Positions 49,266 through 61,684 of a stretch of 64,000 nucleotides of DNA are shown piece after piece. The position numbers and the translations under genes were made by a program. The notes beneath the pieces are model-generated. The model had not been told where the DNA came from. It made no database searches and saw nothing but the letters and a program-made list of their open reading frames with translations. This DNA is from Tubulanus polymorphus (taxonomy: Eukaryota; Animalia; Nemertea). Within the stretch, counting starts at the first letter, position 1; every line of letters begins with the position of its first letter. The DNA lies in contig NC_134026.1 in assembly GCF_964204645.1 (NCBI RefSeq), positions 15,038,150 through 15,102,149 on the forward strand, written 5' to 3'.

Positions 49266-52200
49266 ATGCCAGCTCCTAAGAAAAAAAAGAAAGTGGTCCC
49301 CTCCAAGCTTGGAATTTAAAAAAATCATCTGATGGAGAATTATTCTGTTTTAGCAGAGTTGGAAAACCTCAAAAAAGGATACATTTTGTTTGTCTTCATG
49401 GAGAATGAACATGTTTTAGGCAAAACTGTAGAAAACTGTAAGTCTTATTATCCAGACTTCAACATTAAATACCATGTTAATTAACAGTTATGTAATGGGC
49501 TCAAAGCATTTAAAAAGCCCTCAGATCAGGCTGAAATGGTTCGTTTCAAAATGTTTTGCTCTCAATCTGTTGTGAATACCGACACCATCAACAAACCAAC
49601 ATTGTTAACTGTTGAACCAACACCATTAACTTCTAGTGCTGTCGATCCATCACCATCAACTTCTAGTGCTGTCGATCCAACACCATCAACTTCTAGTGCT
49701 GTCGATCCGACACCATCAACTTCTAGTGCTGTCGATCCATCACCATCAACTTCTAGTGCTGTCGATCCAACACCATCAACTTCTAGTGCTGTCGATCCAA
49801 CACCATCAACTTCTAGTGCTGTCGATCCATCACAATCAACTTCTAGTGCTGTCGATCCAACACCATCAACTTCTAGTGCTGTCGATCCATCACCATCAAC
49901 TTCTAGTGCTGTCGATCCAACACCATCAACTTCTAGTGCTGTCGATCCAACACCAACACCATTACGAACTCCTGTAAAACCGCTACGACTGTCACCATTA
50001 AAAACTAGAAGCCCCGAGATTGTAAGAACTGTTGTGTGCTAAATGGTAGGTTAAAAGAATCGGAAATATTGAGATTACAGTTGAAAAAAAGGCATCGTAT
50101 TGAGCTTAGTTCCTTGAGGAGTATCAGTAGGACAAAGAATTCCCTTCGAGTGAAACGACTGAATCAACAAATTAAACGGAGGAGTGACAAAATAAAATTA
50201 TTTGAGGAAGATGTTATGTATAAATCTGTAGTTGAAAAATTATCTATTTCTGAGGAGAAAGTGAGGAAACCGTCGCGTAATATAAATCGAATGAAAAAAA
50301 GGCGTAGTGAGAAACCGTCCGTGGTTTCGAAATTGGAATCGGATTATAATGATGTAATCGGGACCCTTCAAAAAAACATAGACGGTAAAGATTCAGAAAT
50401 ACGTTCTCTTCAAGATGAAAATCTAATGCTTACGGACATCATTACTGGTCTACAGGCTAACAGTGGAGAACGTAGTGGCATGAAAAACAAAAAATCATTT
50501 TCAGTACTTATGCGTTTGCTTGTTATGGACTGTATCGTGAACCAAGTACCTACAGCTCATATAGAAAATGTTGTCAGGAAATTTGCTGAGCGATGTGGTT
50601 TCAATTATGACCGTGTCCCTAAAAAACCAACTATTGAGAATATAGCACGAGAACTCGGTGTCTTGGCTGATTTACAGACGGCTGAAATGATGATGGATGC
50701 AAAACATTTGACTTTGGGGTTCGACGCCACAACACAAGAAGGTGTCCATATTAATTCTATTCACGTTACTGATAGTAAAAATTGTTATGTTGTTGCCATT
50801 GATGAGCTGCCTGGTGGTACTGCTGAGGATTACCAGCAGCATATTGCTAATTCCGTGGACCATCTTGCTCTGACATATGTTCATTTTCATCCAGAAAATG
50901 AGTATGAGGACTGTCGGAAAAGTTTGATTGGTAGCATATCAAATACGCTAACAGATCGTGTTGCTGCACATCATGCTGCCATTGAACTGTTGGCAGAATT
51001 GTGGGGAAAACCATTGAATGAGTTAAATTGCCACCTCCATCCTTTAGATACTATAGCAAGTTCATGCCGTTCCACACTTAAAGGCCTGGAAACGGAGAAA
51101 GGGAAGTTATTCGGAAAGGACTGTATGGCGGCAAACATTGTTTTGCAAATGAACAAGCTCCGCTATAAAGACGGAAAAGGGGATCCAAAAGGTTTTAAAG
51201 CATTTCTGTCTGCTAACAATTTAAAGCTGGGATATATTCCGCGTTACCGTGGTAATCGGCTGCATGTATTGTTCCATATTGCTGGCAAGTTTTATGTTAA
51301 TCATGCATTATTCCTCAAGTTTCTAACAGAAACTCCTGTGAAATGTGGTGGTCTGGTAACAAGTCTGTGTTCAGACTTTGCAGAGAACATGGCAATATTA
51401 GAACTGCATGCACTTGGACTCATTGGTAAACTCCTGACTGGGCCATGGATGGCAAAATTCTACGTCTCGGCTGCAGACAGTACGATAAGTCATTACGGTG
51501 GGATCAAGGAAATACGAAATGTGATTTATGTATTGGACAAGTATACTGCCGACCCACTCTTTATCATTTCGGCATCCACAGATATGTTTGGCCAGAACTT
51601 AGATACTTCTGATTCTGTGTTACTCAAACTACAGACTGCCCCACTGGATGTAAGTCTTTTCAAGTCTCTTATGGTAGCTTGTCTTGAGACAACAGTCCGT
51701 GTTCTGCGCCGCCAGTATGGTCCATACCTGAATAAAGAAATAACAGAGCAGATGTTACTTGAAACTGAGAGTGCTAGGCTGCATAATATTGATGCCGAAG
51801 AAATAATGGGGATGTTTAGTGCACAACAAAAGAGAGCCCCAGGTGCTACTGTTTGTTACTTCACATCAAAAATGCGAGCACAAAAAAATGGCACGATGAC
51901 ATACCTGGACAATCTAAGTGACATCAGAAGAGACTGTGTTATTAACTTGGCAATATCATTCGGTCGGAAGAAAAGACTTGAAAGGCGTAAAGAACATCTC
52001 AAACTCCAAAAAGAAATCCTCCGCCGAACTAACGTTTAAATGTCGCAAAAAGACTCCAAAGAAAGACACAAAGTAGAAAAAGCTGTCCGGAATTTGGATC
52101 TGTCAAATGTGAAAAAAGACTTTCCCGATATTGACCCGGAAATGGAGCAGAATTTGATGGACATTTTGGATGGAACTGCAATTGGCAGGAACATCAACCA

Positions 52201-52396
52201 TGTCTGGTTAGATGAGAATACAAGAATAGCCACCACATATCATGGCAAGATCAAGAAGTTCAGGAGGAAAGGGAGTCCAACTTGTGTTGTAGCATATTGG
52301 GATAATGAGTCCAGTTTTGCAAATGCTGAGGACTATGATGTGTCCAAATATGAACTTGCTGCTGACCTGATATGTGGTGATCTTATCATGTATTAG
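49266..52396 (+). pseudogene. Transposase, broken into three or more frames
   Basis: LGFDATT (D1), TLTDR (D2), NCHLH (CxxH), HNIDAEE (E); frameshift near 50045, in-frame stop at 52037. Confidence 0.75.
49616..49960 (+). repeat. 30-bp coding minisatellite (PTPSTSSAVD, about 11 copies)
   Basis: caccatcaacttctagtgctgtcgatcca(a/t) units. Confidence 0.95.
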
Positions 52397-54093
52397 TGTA
52401 TTAATCATAATAATATCAATGGTAGGTCAACCATTCATAATCCAAATTCATATTGCTTTGAAATACAATGAGATCATTTTAGTTATTATTGCGCAATTCA
52501 GTTGAAGAAGATCGCAGAATTTTTTAAGGATTTAATTGATATCATAATCAAGATAAGTACATGTATATGAAGTTACTGTAGATATTTTATTACTGCTGCA
52601 CTTTGTACATATTCTTTTTTGTGACGTTTACTTGACGAGATTTTATCTGCTGATTTTAATTAGGTTAATTAGTAATTTTACAATAGTGGTCAAGATAGAA
52701 AAGGAATCTATTTATTACAATGAATAGATCTAGTTGGTGGAAAACTGCCCTGAAAATTTCATGTAATTATCTCTTAAAATAAAAAAGTTATGTCAAAATA
52801 ACTGAAAATTCTTACCCGAAATGGTCACGACTTATCCTATTGTTTTACCTTTTAAATTAATGACCGTAATTAGCACGATTTTCCAATACTGAAACTATCA
52901 TAACTTTCTTATTATTTGAGCTAGAAGGTTGAACCAGGGCTCATTTGAAAGCTCTTTTTAAATGCTATCTAATAGCGTTTCCATAATTAAGATTGGAGCA
53001 TTTTGAAATGGATTGTAGCCTACGTACACAGCTTTTGTTAAAAGTGAAAAGGCTTCCTTACCTTACCGCTGTCGCCGATACAATCCGTGTGATATCCTTC
53101 AGCTCACTTCAATCTCCAGATACTGCATGGGAATTTTGATAAATCCACGTTATAAAGGCACTGTCGAGCCGTAAACATCGGAAATTTGGCTCCGTTCAAT
53201 TAGTAGCCATGTTGTGTTTTCTTTCCGAAATTTCTCTCTTCTTTTCGAGGAAGAGCTATCGAATAATTCCCTCTCTTCTCCACAATCAATTTCAAAGTCA
53301 ATTTTATGAATTTATTGCTCAGCGGGTCCGAGTCAAATAGTTTACGAGTCCGGCGTTTGCGTTTCTGACAGGTTTACGGGCATTTGTTTGTTAACTCTTT
53401 AATATTTTTGATTTCTTATTATTCCGGTTATTTCATTTAAGTATATTGCTGATCAGTTCATGTAACCAAAAGCGTCAATAAACAGATTTTTGAATTGATC
53501 AAGTTTAAATCAAGGTCGTTGAGTCGCGGAGGGCTACTAGAATAACGTTCGTCTCAGAGAGAAAACAAACGACAGAAAAGTATCAGGTGATTATCGATAG
53601 CCTACTACGGTACACACAGTTGACAAACAGTGTTAGGCCTGTGCCGGTTAACCAACGTTGGTGCGTACTGGGAATAAATATACTGGTTGGTCAGTTGGTT
53701 CGGTTGTGAAGTGTGGAAGTTAAGAAAGCCTACCTACCGGTATTTATTTGTCTATATCATATGTAGGCCTATTATATTGTACCCAATAGCATTTTAAGTA
53801 CATAGTTGTTACTCGTGTGTGACTGTACGGTGATCTCCACAGGTTAACCGTACGTGAGTTCCCTACTAACGCCGTACGTGAGTTCCTAGTAGCCTATACC
53901 ATTTTAAGTACATACGAAGTTGTTACCCGTACGTGACTGTACGGTGATATCCACAGGTTAACCGTTCGTGAGTTCCCTAAAAACGCCGTACGTGAGTTCT
54001 CATAATCTGCCAACACGCATGCGTGAAAGAATAGTTTGGGTTAGGTGAGGCTAGGCTATTTGTAAATCAAATGTCATCCACCCTGCAGTTACG

Positions 54094-57000
54094 ATGAACT
54101 TAGTTGATGAACTTAGTTGCTGGAAAGCCAAGGCATGTCGTGGTTGCTTCCATTGTAAATATGTACAAAACGGAGATATTCGAATTAATGTTACATCATT
54201 TGAACCAGGAGATATTTCACTGTGCGCGATGGATCCACCGTCAGTTTTGCGGTCATCTGATGTGACTAGTCTACTGAACTTCGAGCCAGATATTATCGTA
54301 GATGAATGGCAAGAACGGACGAAGATGTTTGTTGACGTTTTAAGAACCGTAGTCTATGGGAACACAACTTCTTACCAGAAGGAGCAGCAAATGGCAATGG
54401 CTGGCTCGATCATGCTGTTCAGTCGTAATCGCATGTTGTCAGTCATACAGCATATTGTTGGTTTAGCTCTTGATGATGGTGGTACGTCAGATAAGGTAAG
54501 ACGCTAACCGGTAGAATAGTGTTTCAATGTTTTCTAAAATTTGCCTGATTATGTTCAATTAGATTTCCACTTACATTCATATTTCATCCTCCCTTGGCAA
54601 GGATTCGAACCTACACTCAGCCACGGCACAATCCCCTGCCACACTAATGTCTATTTCAACTTGGCTTGAGAGCACATCAGGTGGCCTAGCTCGATCAGTT
54701 TTGGTGGTACATACCTGATAGAAGTCTTATTAGCACCAGAAAGGACTGGCAGTTGACCGAAAACATTTGATTTTTATTCAGATGTAGACTACATGATTGA
54801 AATTTATCTTTAGGTTATAACAATGTGTAATCACATGGGGCTCAGTGTATCGAATAGTTCTATTCTCAACCAAAAAAGAGAAATTCAGGCGATGCATTAT
54901 ACACAGACAAAAGATTTTATAAGGTATGCTAGCGATAAGCAAGTGCTGGAGTCTAGAAATCAAATAGTCAAACACTATGAGAACTATCCGGTAACGAAGG
55001 AAGTGCATAGCAAAATATGTTCTGATCCTATGAGGACTGAAACACAGTTTCCAAGTCATCAGGTCACATTACATGAGAAAGAATGTGAATCAAAAGCTGT
55101 GGTCAAAGTTGCCTCTTCGTTCAACCATTGTCGTTCCGTCTATAGTCATGTGTCTATGAAAAAATCAAACCAATGTTTTTCCGCCCAAAGTAACCATCGA
55201 CCGATGTATTTTACGTGTCATAATGAGCAAACAACTTTACAAAACAAATCTTTCAATGTTCTAATGAAAAATGGAATGCCAATAAGTAATTCTACTACAT
55301 GTAGTTCACCAGTGTTTGCTGTTGCATCGATTCCTGCTACGTGTAAGTATTTGAAGAGCTTGGATTGTACGATAGAAACAACTCCATTTGATGTTATCGG
55401 AGATAACTTGGACTAAACTATATCGCCTACCTATATGACCTCGGAGCTTCAAAGGAAAAGTATTCATTGGTTTTTAAATGTTTGTGTCAAGAAAAGGTTT
55501 TAGCAGCTGAAACGCTTGACGACACAAAACCAAAGGCTGACATCGCTGACTTTCTGGGTTTTTCTGGGAATGGAACATCTATATTTTGTCTTGGCGCATT
55601 AATCAAAATCACTGATGTTGGTACCAAGGGTTGGCTGTAATAACAATTTTTGTTCAATATTTTAGTGCATGAAAACTTATTTTACTGTGTATACCATTAC
55701 TTGTGTATATTTCTTTGGCATATACATTTCTTCTATCCACTATATTTCAACCTAAGGTTGTGGGCCAACTCTGAATTTTGTACGTTTATTCTTTTTCAGC
55801 TTTTGTACCAATTTTTTTACAAGAGAGAAAGTGGAGGCATCAGGGGATCCCTCAGCCAGTTGAGAAACCGGATCAATAGACGCGATGATACTGGCCAGAA
55901 TAAATTGACTGATTCATTTCGGTGAGTAAATACCTGTATTGTAAGCTGTGAAATATTTGGTTAAAAAATTGTTTGTCTTTTTTTCAAATTTTAGAGCACA
56001 TTTCTCATTCTTGATGGATGCCCTAGATGCGTATATCTTGGCGGCAGCAGTTGATTATTTTCAATTGAATGGTGATGAACCCTTATCCTCAAAACCACAG
56101 AGACACAAACCACCCCCAGATTCATTGATCACATCTGATTGGATTATAGCTTGCGCTCGAGACATATTGAAAATTTATGCCAGCCATTCTCCTGTAGATT
56201 ATGTTTCACAAAATGTTGCAGAACCAAGCGATTTATACATCATTCTATCAGAAATGCGAATTGGTAAATTAAATTTCCCCTGGTACATAATTTTTTTAAA
56301 TGTTTGACTAAATTGATAATTAATCTCTTCCATATTTCAGGGGATGTGTTTAGATGCCAGGTTTGTAATAAACCATACAAAATAATGAAGAACCTTAGGA
56401 AACATTTGGTAGAAAAGCATGACTGGGATTTACCCGATGAATCTCCAAAATCGGAGAAAACTGTTGACAGTTGGCCAGCATTCAGTAGCGCGTTTATACA
56501 GCTAGGTCTACTCTTACGTGACACGAATGACAGTTTCAAACATAGTAATGGTGATCGCTCTTTTCGAAATGCGAAATTTGAAATGCTCAATGCATTTCCA
56601 TGTGGTCATGTCAAATACCGATTATGGCTTTGGCGTATGAATGCATATGAACTTGCCCTATTAACAGAAAAAGAAGCTTTCGAATATGAGTGGAACATAG
56701 GAGTTAATCTCCGAGGAGGATACAACATCCCTAACGATAATCTGGTTGAAATAAAAGTTAAGAAAATAAAGCAGAAATTGCGTGATCAAGGAGCAAATGT
56801 AACATTTAAATCAGCAAAACTTGCATTTGAATCCTGCCAAATAATTGACGAAATTGTTAACAATGTGCAAAGTTTCAGCGGTTCACCAATAAAAGGTGGC
56901 TCAAAAAGTTCAGTATCTAAATTTAAGGATGTTTCGTTGATGGTAAATGAACTAGTTGCAGCTGATGTATTCAATGTGAATGCCGAACGTGATATGGGTG

Positions 57001-57101
57001 TATTTGATAACTTTAAGAGCCCAATGGAAAGAATCAAAATTTCAGAGTTGAAAATATGGTTAAGGGATCAGAAATGTAGAGCTAAAAGGGAAATGACTTG
57101 A
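54094..57101 (+). pseudogene. Academ transposase, intron-containing and decayed
   Basis: CNHMGLSVS, IGDNLD..SIHWF, GSLSQLRN.INR, LGLL..D..D....GDR, KYRLWL, WN..VNL.GG.NIPNDN.VE; C2H2 finger; GT..AG introns (e.g. donor near 54496). Confidence 0.8.
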
Positions 57102-57832
57102 ATTAAACAAACTATCTTTGCGACAGGAGAGGGTTAAATGAATGTGTATTATTCATGTGCAATGTGTGTACATTTGTTGTCATTGAATCACTTATTACTT
57201 CAGTAGAAAATCGTTAAAAGAACTTTCTCACAGATATAATGATTTATTACAACCATTAAATGTTGTCCTAAATACGAAATATGTTTCGACTAATCACGGG
57301 TAAGACACATTTTCTGGTGCCTAGAAATTCGTTGAAACAATGTTTCACTGTATATAGTGTACTATGAGAATGCTTTGTTAACTAGTCGTATTGACCCAAC
57401 AACAAGTTCTGGTTCGTGCTTGTCTTATAATATTGTCCTTTCTTTAAGCCGGTAATATAAGTGGATGATATATTCTAAAAATATTTTAATTCTTCATCTT
57501 TATTTCATTTTCTTTATCTCAATCGGTAGCTCAGTGGGATAAAAGGTGTGATGTCGTTGCATTCATGATCAAGCGGGTTTGAGTCCTGTTGGCTGCTTAC
57601 AGTGTGTGCGGGCAACACTTCAAAGGCCGTGGTCCCTTCATGAGGTTGAATGAAATATCCAATTGGGTTAGTCATGGGGAACCTAGATCCAAACGACGTA
57701 CAAACATGATAATGATTGAAATGCTGAACAGGCTTTCTTAAATACATAAGGTTTATAACAATAATGTAAAAAGAACAAAATGATTTATTTGAGCATTCGA
57801 AATAACAAAATCTATACATAAAAATTCACGTA

Positions 57833-59755
57833 TTATAACTCGTCGAAAATGTCTGAAATGCATTGTAAACAATAATTGGCTTGATCAAATGTCAAAACTC
57901 CACAATTGTCCAAAATATCATCTTCATCGCATATATATGGTAACTCTTTTATAATTGATTCGATGACAGAGTTTGAAAAGTTTTGCACGTCCACCGTAAT
58001 ATTATTTGTTGATGAATCACAATCATACGCCTGAAGACGATTCTTTAGTTCATCGATGTTACTTTTTGTGCAAGTACGCTGCTTTTCACGTTTGGAAGGA
58101 GGCTCTGAGACTTTAGCCGGATGAGTTGACTCGCAATCAACACTTTCACATTCACACGATTCACAACATATATCACAGCAAAAATGTTTGATTTTTTGTA
58201 TGACTTCGGCGTCATAAGATTTCATTAACTGTTCACGTCTATGTATTTATGTATTTCGTCATTAAATGGTCCACTTTTTTATTCAGTTGCCGTCCGTTAT
58301 AAATGAGTATATGATCTGACTGTTTACCATCGCGACCGGCTCGACCTAACATTTGGAGGAACATATCGACATCGTATGGTGGGCCAAAATTTACAACGTT
58401 GTGAACTCCCATTCCTGCGGCGGATGTGCAGATCAGTACTCTGATGGATCCATCAGGGTCAGACATGTCCTTTCTAATAATTTCCTTTACTGGATCTGGT
58501 GTACAGCTATGATACATATTTATGTGACGGTGTCCAACTTTGACCTCCAAATCATTATAGACCTTCGCAGTTTCCATGATCGACTGGCAGAATATAATCA
58601 CACGAGGACAATTATGTGGAAAGTCATGAATTCAATCCACCTGCCAACCAAACACAACAGAGTTCGGGTCCTTGCAGGATCTTTGTAAAAGAAAGTTATC
58701 ATAACATATAAAATATTACAAATACCACCAAATTTTCAAAGTGATCGATAGAGAGACTTCAGTAAGAACTTATTTTGTTGAAATTTTTCATTCTCTGCAA
58801 CAATTTCAAACATCAAGTCAATTACCTTTAAAACTGAAAGTTTAGCGTTTTCACGGTCCGGAGAATCAACAATTTCAATAGCGTTCGAATTGATACAGAG
58901 ATTTCTCCTTATCAGTCGCCGAGTTCTATTACTGGTGGTTGCAGTAAGGGCAATGACCGGAACACCTGTATTGAAAAATTTAAATCGAAGTCAAAGAACC
59001 TAACAGAATGCAACGAGGAATAGACAATAAAAATCTACTACTTCAGCTTACCTGGAGAAAGACTCCGTAGCTCACCGATGTGGTTGAACCATGCACGGAA
59101 GGCTTCGGTTTTACTAGAATCGCCCCTGAAAATATTGGAGAGCCAAAATATAGAAGAAAATAAATAGGCTTAATAAAAAAGAACATTTTCGGACTTCGTT
59201 TAAGAGAGACAACAACAGAGAAAAGACTGATTGACATTTTCTTACCATCCAAGGAGAGTGTGTGCCTCATCTACAACGATAGCAATTAATCGTTCTGAAT
59301 ACAACGCCGATGAAACCATGTTCCTCCAAAAACTCTTTGCCAATAGTGTCTCCGGACAACAGAACACGAACTGGTATTCACCAAGCAATATTTTCCGGTT
59401 CTCTTCTTCTGCATGTCCGATATAAGATGCAGAAAACCCAAGACTTTTCAGATATTTACACTGTTCTTCCATTATACTGATTAACGGAGATACAATTATT
59501 ACTATTGTCGACGGTGAAGTCCGGGTCGATAGTTGTTTTTTCTTCAATAAAGAGTCGAAGAGTGGCAAGGCTTGATAAGATAGAGTTTTGCCGGACCCTG
59601 TCTTCGTTGATACAAAAACGTCATTTCTATCGCGTGAAACAGTTATCAAACACAACATCTGATGACTCGATAAACTTTCCAAACCGAAACTACGACAGAT
59701 TTCTTCAAATATTTGCAGTTCGAATTTACTCAGAGACGAAACGGAATCCATATTG
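57833..59755 (-). pseudogene. RecQ-like SF2 helicase of an AcademH transposon, with introns
   Basis: TKTGSGKT, VVDEAH, ALTAT, IIFC, CTSAAGMGV, QMLGRAGRDG, CCDIC; GTAAG donors near 59245 and 59051; convergent with the Academ transposase. Confidence 0.85.
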
Positions 59756-59852
59756 GAATTGATTGCCAAAGCGATTATACAACGAGCAATGTGATTGGTG
59801 CCGCCAGTTTTCGTTCGGATAGTGCGCATGTAACTGCGCACATGGTCGTTTA

Positions 59853-59918
59853 TGGCAGGGGTTCGTGCCGTGGCTGAGTGTAGCGATGCCATCAGGTTCG
59901 AGTCCCTGCAGAGGGAGG
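59853..59918 (+). mobile_element. tRNA-like SINE head (second, inverted copy at 54588-54641)
   Basis: gtgccgtggctgagtgtag...ggttcga(g/a)tcc..gggagg at both sites. Confidence 0.5.
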
Positions 59919-60526
59919 TTGATGGGAATAGGGCCTATTGATTGGGCTTATTATTTCCTGCTTTAGAATACTGAAATAAACCTAATGTTCATTCAAATAT
60001 TCAACATCGGTGCAAGTTGGATTACTGTATACATGTACTGTAGGTTTTCATGTTGTATGAATATTTTACAGTTCAAATGGGTATGATGCTAATTCCAATG
60101 TCAGACGCATGAAGTTAGATGGTCAAGGACCGTCAACACCAAGATATCTCTCTTCGACCGATGTTGTACCATAGAAGATCTGATTCTTTTAACTCAGGGA
60201 AAGTGATTCAACACGATCGACATAACACTGGAATAGGTTTGCAGTAACTAACGGTTCATTTCATTTAGTCTTATGTACTTTTTAGCCAATTTGGATTTGA
60301 TTGTAATTGAAACTCTGGAACTGTAAACAAAAGACAAGTAAGACAAGTTGAAAAAACACAAGTTATGCTTGATTCTCATGTTCAAATTTAATTCAAATTT
60401 ATTTTATTACATCATATTTACAAAGCATATCATTGGTTCATACAGTTATAAAAATTTAGGGCAGAACAAATATTATTACAGAATTTCCAAAAGGCAATGA
60501 ATTTCTATAACTAAATGAACATTATT

Positions 60527-61077
60527 TTTAGCCCACTTGGGACTTAAGTCCCAGCGGGCTATTGCGTTCACTTTTCGTCCGTCGTCCATCCGTCCGTCGG
60601 TAGACGGAAATCATTTATTTTAGGAAGTTTTGAAGACGCTTCAATGTAATGTCTTGATATTTGGGTTACACATGTATCTACTCTAGACACATTTTCAGCC
60701 CAAAAACTGGCCCTGTCAGAATCAAGATAGCCGACTGGCAGCCATTGTTGGTTGCCAAAATCAACACTTTTTACACATTTTTGAACTTTTTGAGGGAAAT
60801 TTTGAAGATGCTTTGATCAATAACCTTGATCTTTCGGATATATGTGAATGCCCCCTGGGCCCATCGGATACGGACTCAAGATGGCCGTCCTATGACCTTT
60901 TTTAGTGCCCAAAAATGTCAATTTTGGCCCGAATTCTGAGTTTGCCATTTCTCATTGCAATTTGTGATGGGTATTCTTTGAAAAGAGATGTTTTATACCT
61001 TTGATACCTGAATTGTTAGATTGTTGAGCATTTGGAACCACTTCCCAAGTGGGCATGGTGTCCCTGGACCCCTAGTT
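60527..61077 (+). mobile_element. HINE/DINE-1-like element
   Basis: 5' subTIR gcccacttggg with adjacent IR, (CCGT)n microsatellite, 3' subTIR cccaagtgggc, short palindrome and ctagtt; absent from the homologous host repeat near 13660. Confidence 0.75.
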
Positions 61078-61684
61078 CTAATAACTCAGATCAGATGACT
61101 CTCCCGTTTATTAGGAAACACACGCAACTAGTGGAATAGGTTTGATTTACACACATGTTGCAGGTATCAATTGTTTATCGCTATAGAATTTGTAATCCAT
61201 AAAAGCCAAAATCAACATCAGCCGGAAACCCAGACCAAACCAATTCATAATTTATTGATTGAATCTACACTACAATATATGTATTTATTCAAATATTTCA
61301 ACAAAAACATTAACTTCATAAATCTATTCTAAATCCTAATACGTTCTTATCTGTGAATTTACTCAATCTATCGGCTCAGCAGGTGCTTAAGATGAGTTCT
61401 TAATAGGTCAGATCCATTTTTAAGGATGGTGATAATACAGTATCATGATGTTTAAATGCCAAAATAAATGCCTGGTCAAATAAATATATTAATATTTGTG
61501 ATTGTACGTCAGCGTATGTTCAGTTTCAAAGCTGAATCATATTTGACGTTTACACAGTGGTTGCATATTAGGTTCGAATCTGTCAATGCATTTTATTCTA
61601 TGTATCGATATTTAGATTTACTACAATTCCTATCATTCTGAATGGCTTTACAGAAAACCCGTCATCGCTGCTTCGCAGCTATAT

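Larger units (their letters stand above)
48542..53025 (+). mobile_element. DDE DNA transposon of the MULE/hAT-like clade, 4.5 kb
   Basis: TIR a(g/c)gtaggctacaatcc; 9-bp TSD acacagttt / acacagctt; uninterrupted homologous site near 63457. Confidence 0.75.
45946..61684 (+). mobile_element. Helentron-like composite insertion (15.7 kb) in PolB
   Basis: Starts ttagggttttctg...cagaaaaccctattg, ends atcgctgcttcgcagctatat; inserted at TT; flanks rejoin PolB in frame. Confidence 0.7.

Noticed and set aside
49616-49977. CRISPR-like array, and the 113-aa LLVLSIHHHQ ORF
   Set aside because: Contiguous 30-bp units with no unique spacers; the ORF is an alternate frame of a minisatellite
57518-57592. tRNA gene (also candidates at 16051 and 59853)
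   Set aside because: A/B-box-like motifs only; no convincing cloverleaf, so more likely SINE heads
57833-59892. Host RecQ/WRN/BLM gene
   Set aside because: Compact, decayed and convergent with an Academ transposase, which is the AcademH layout
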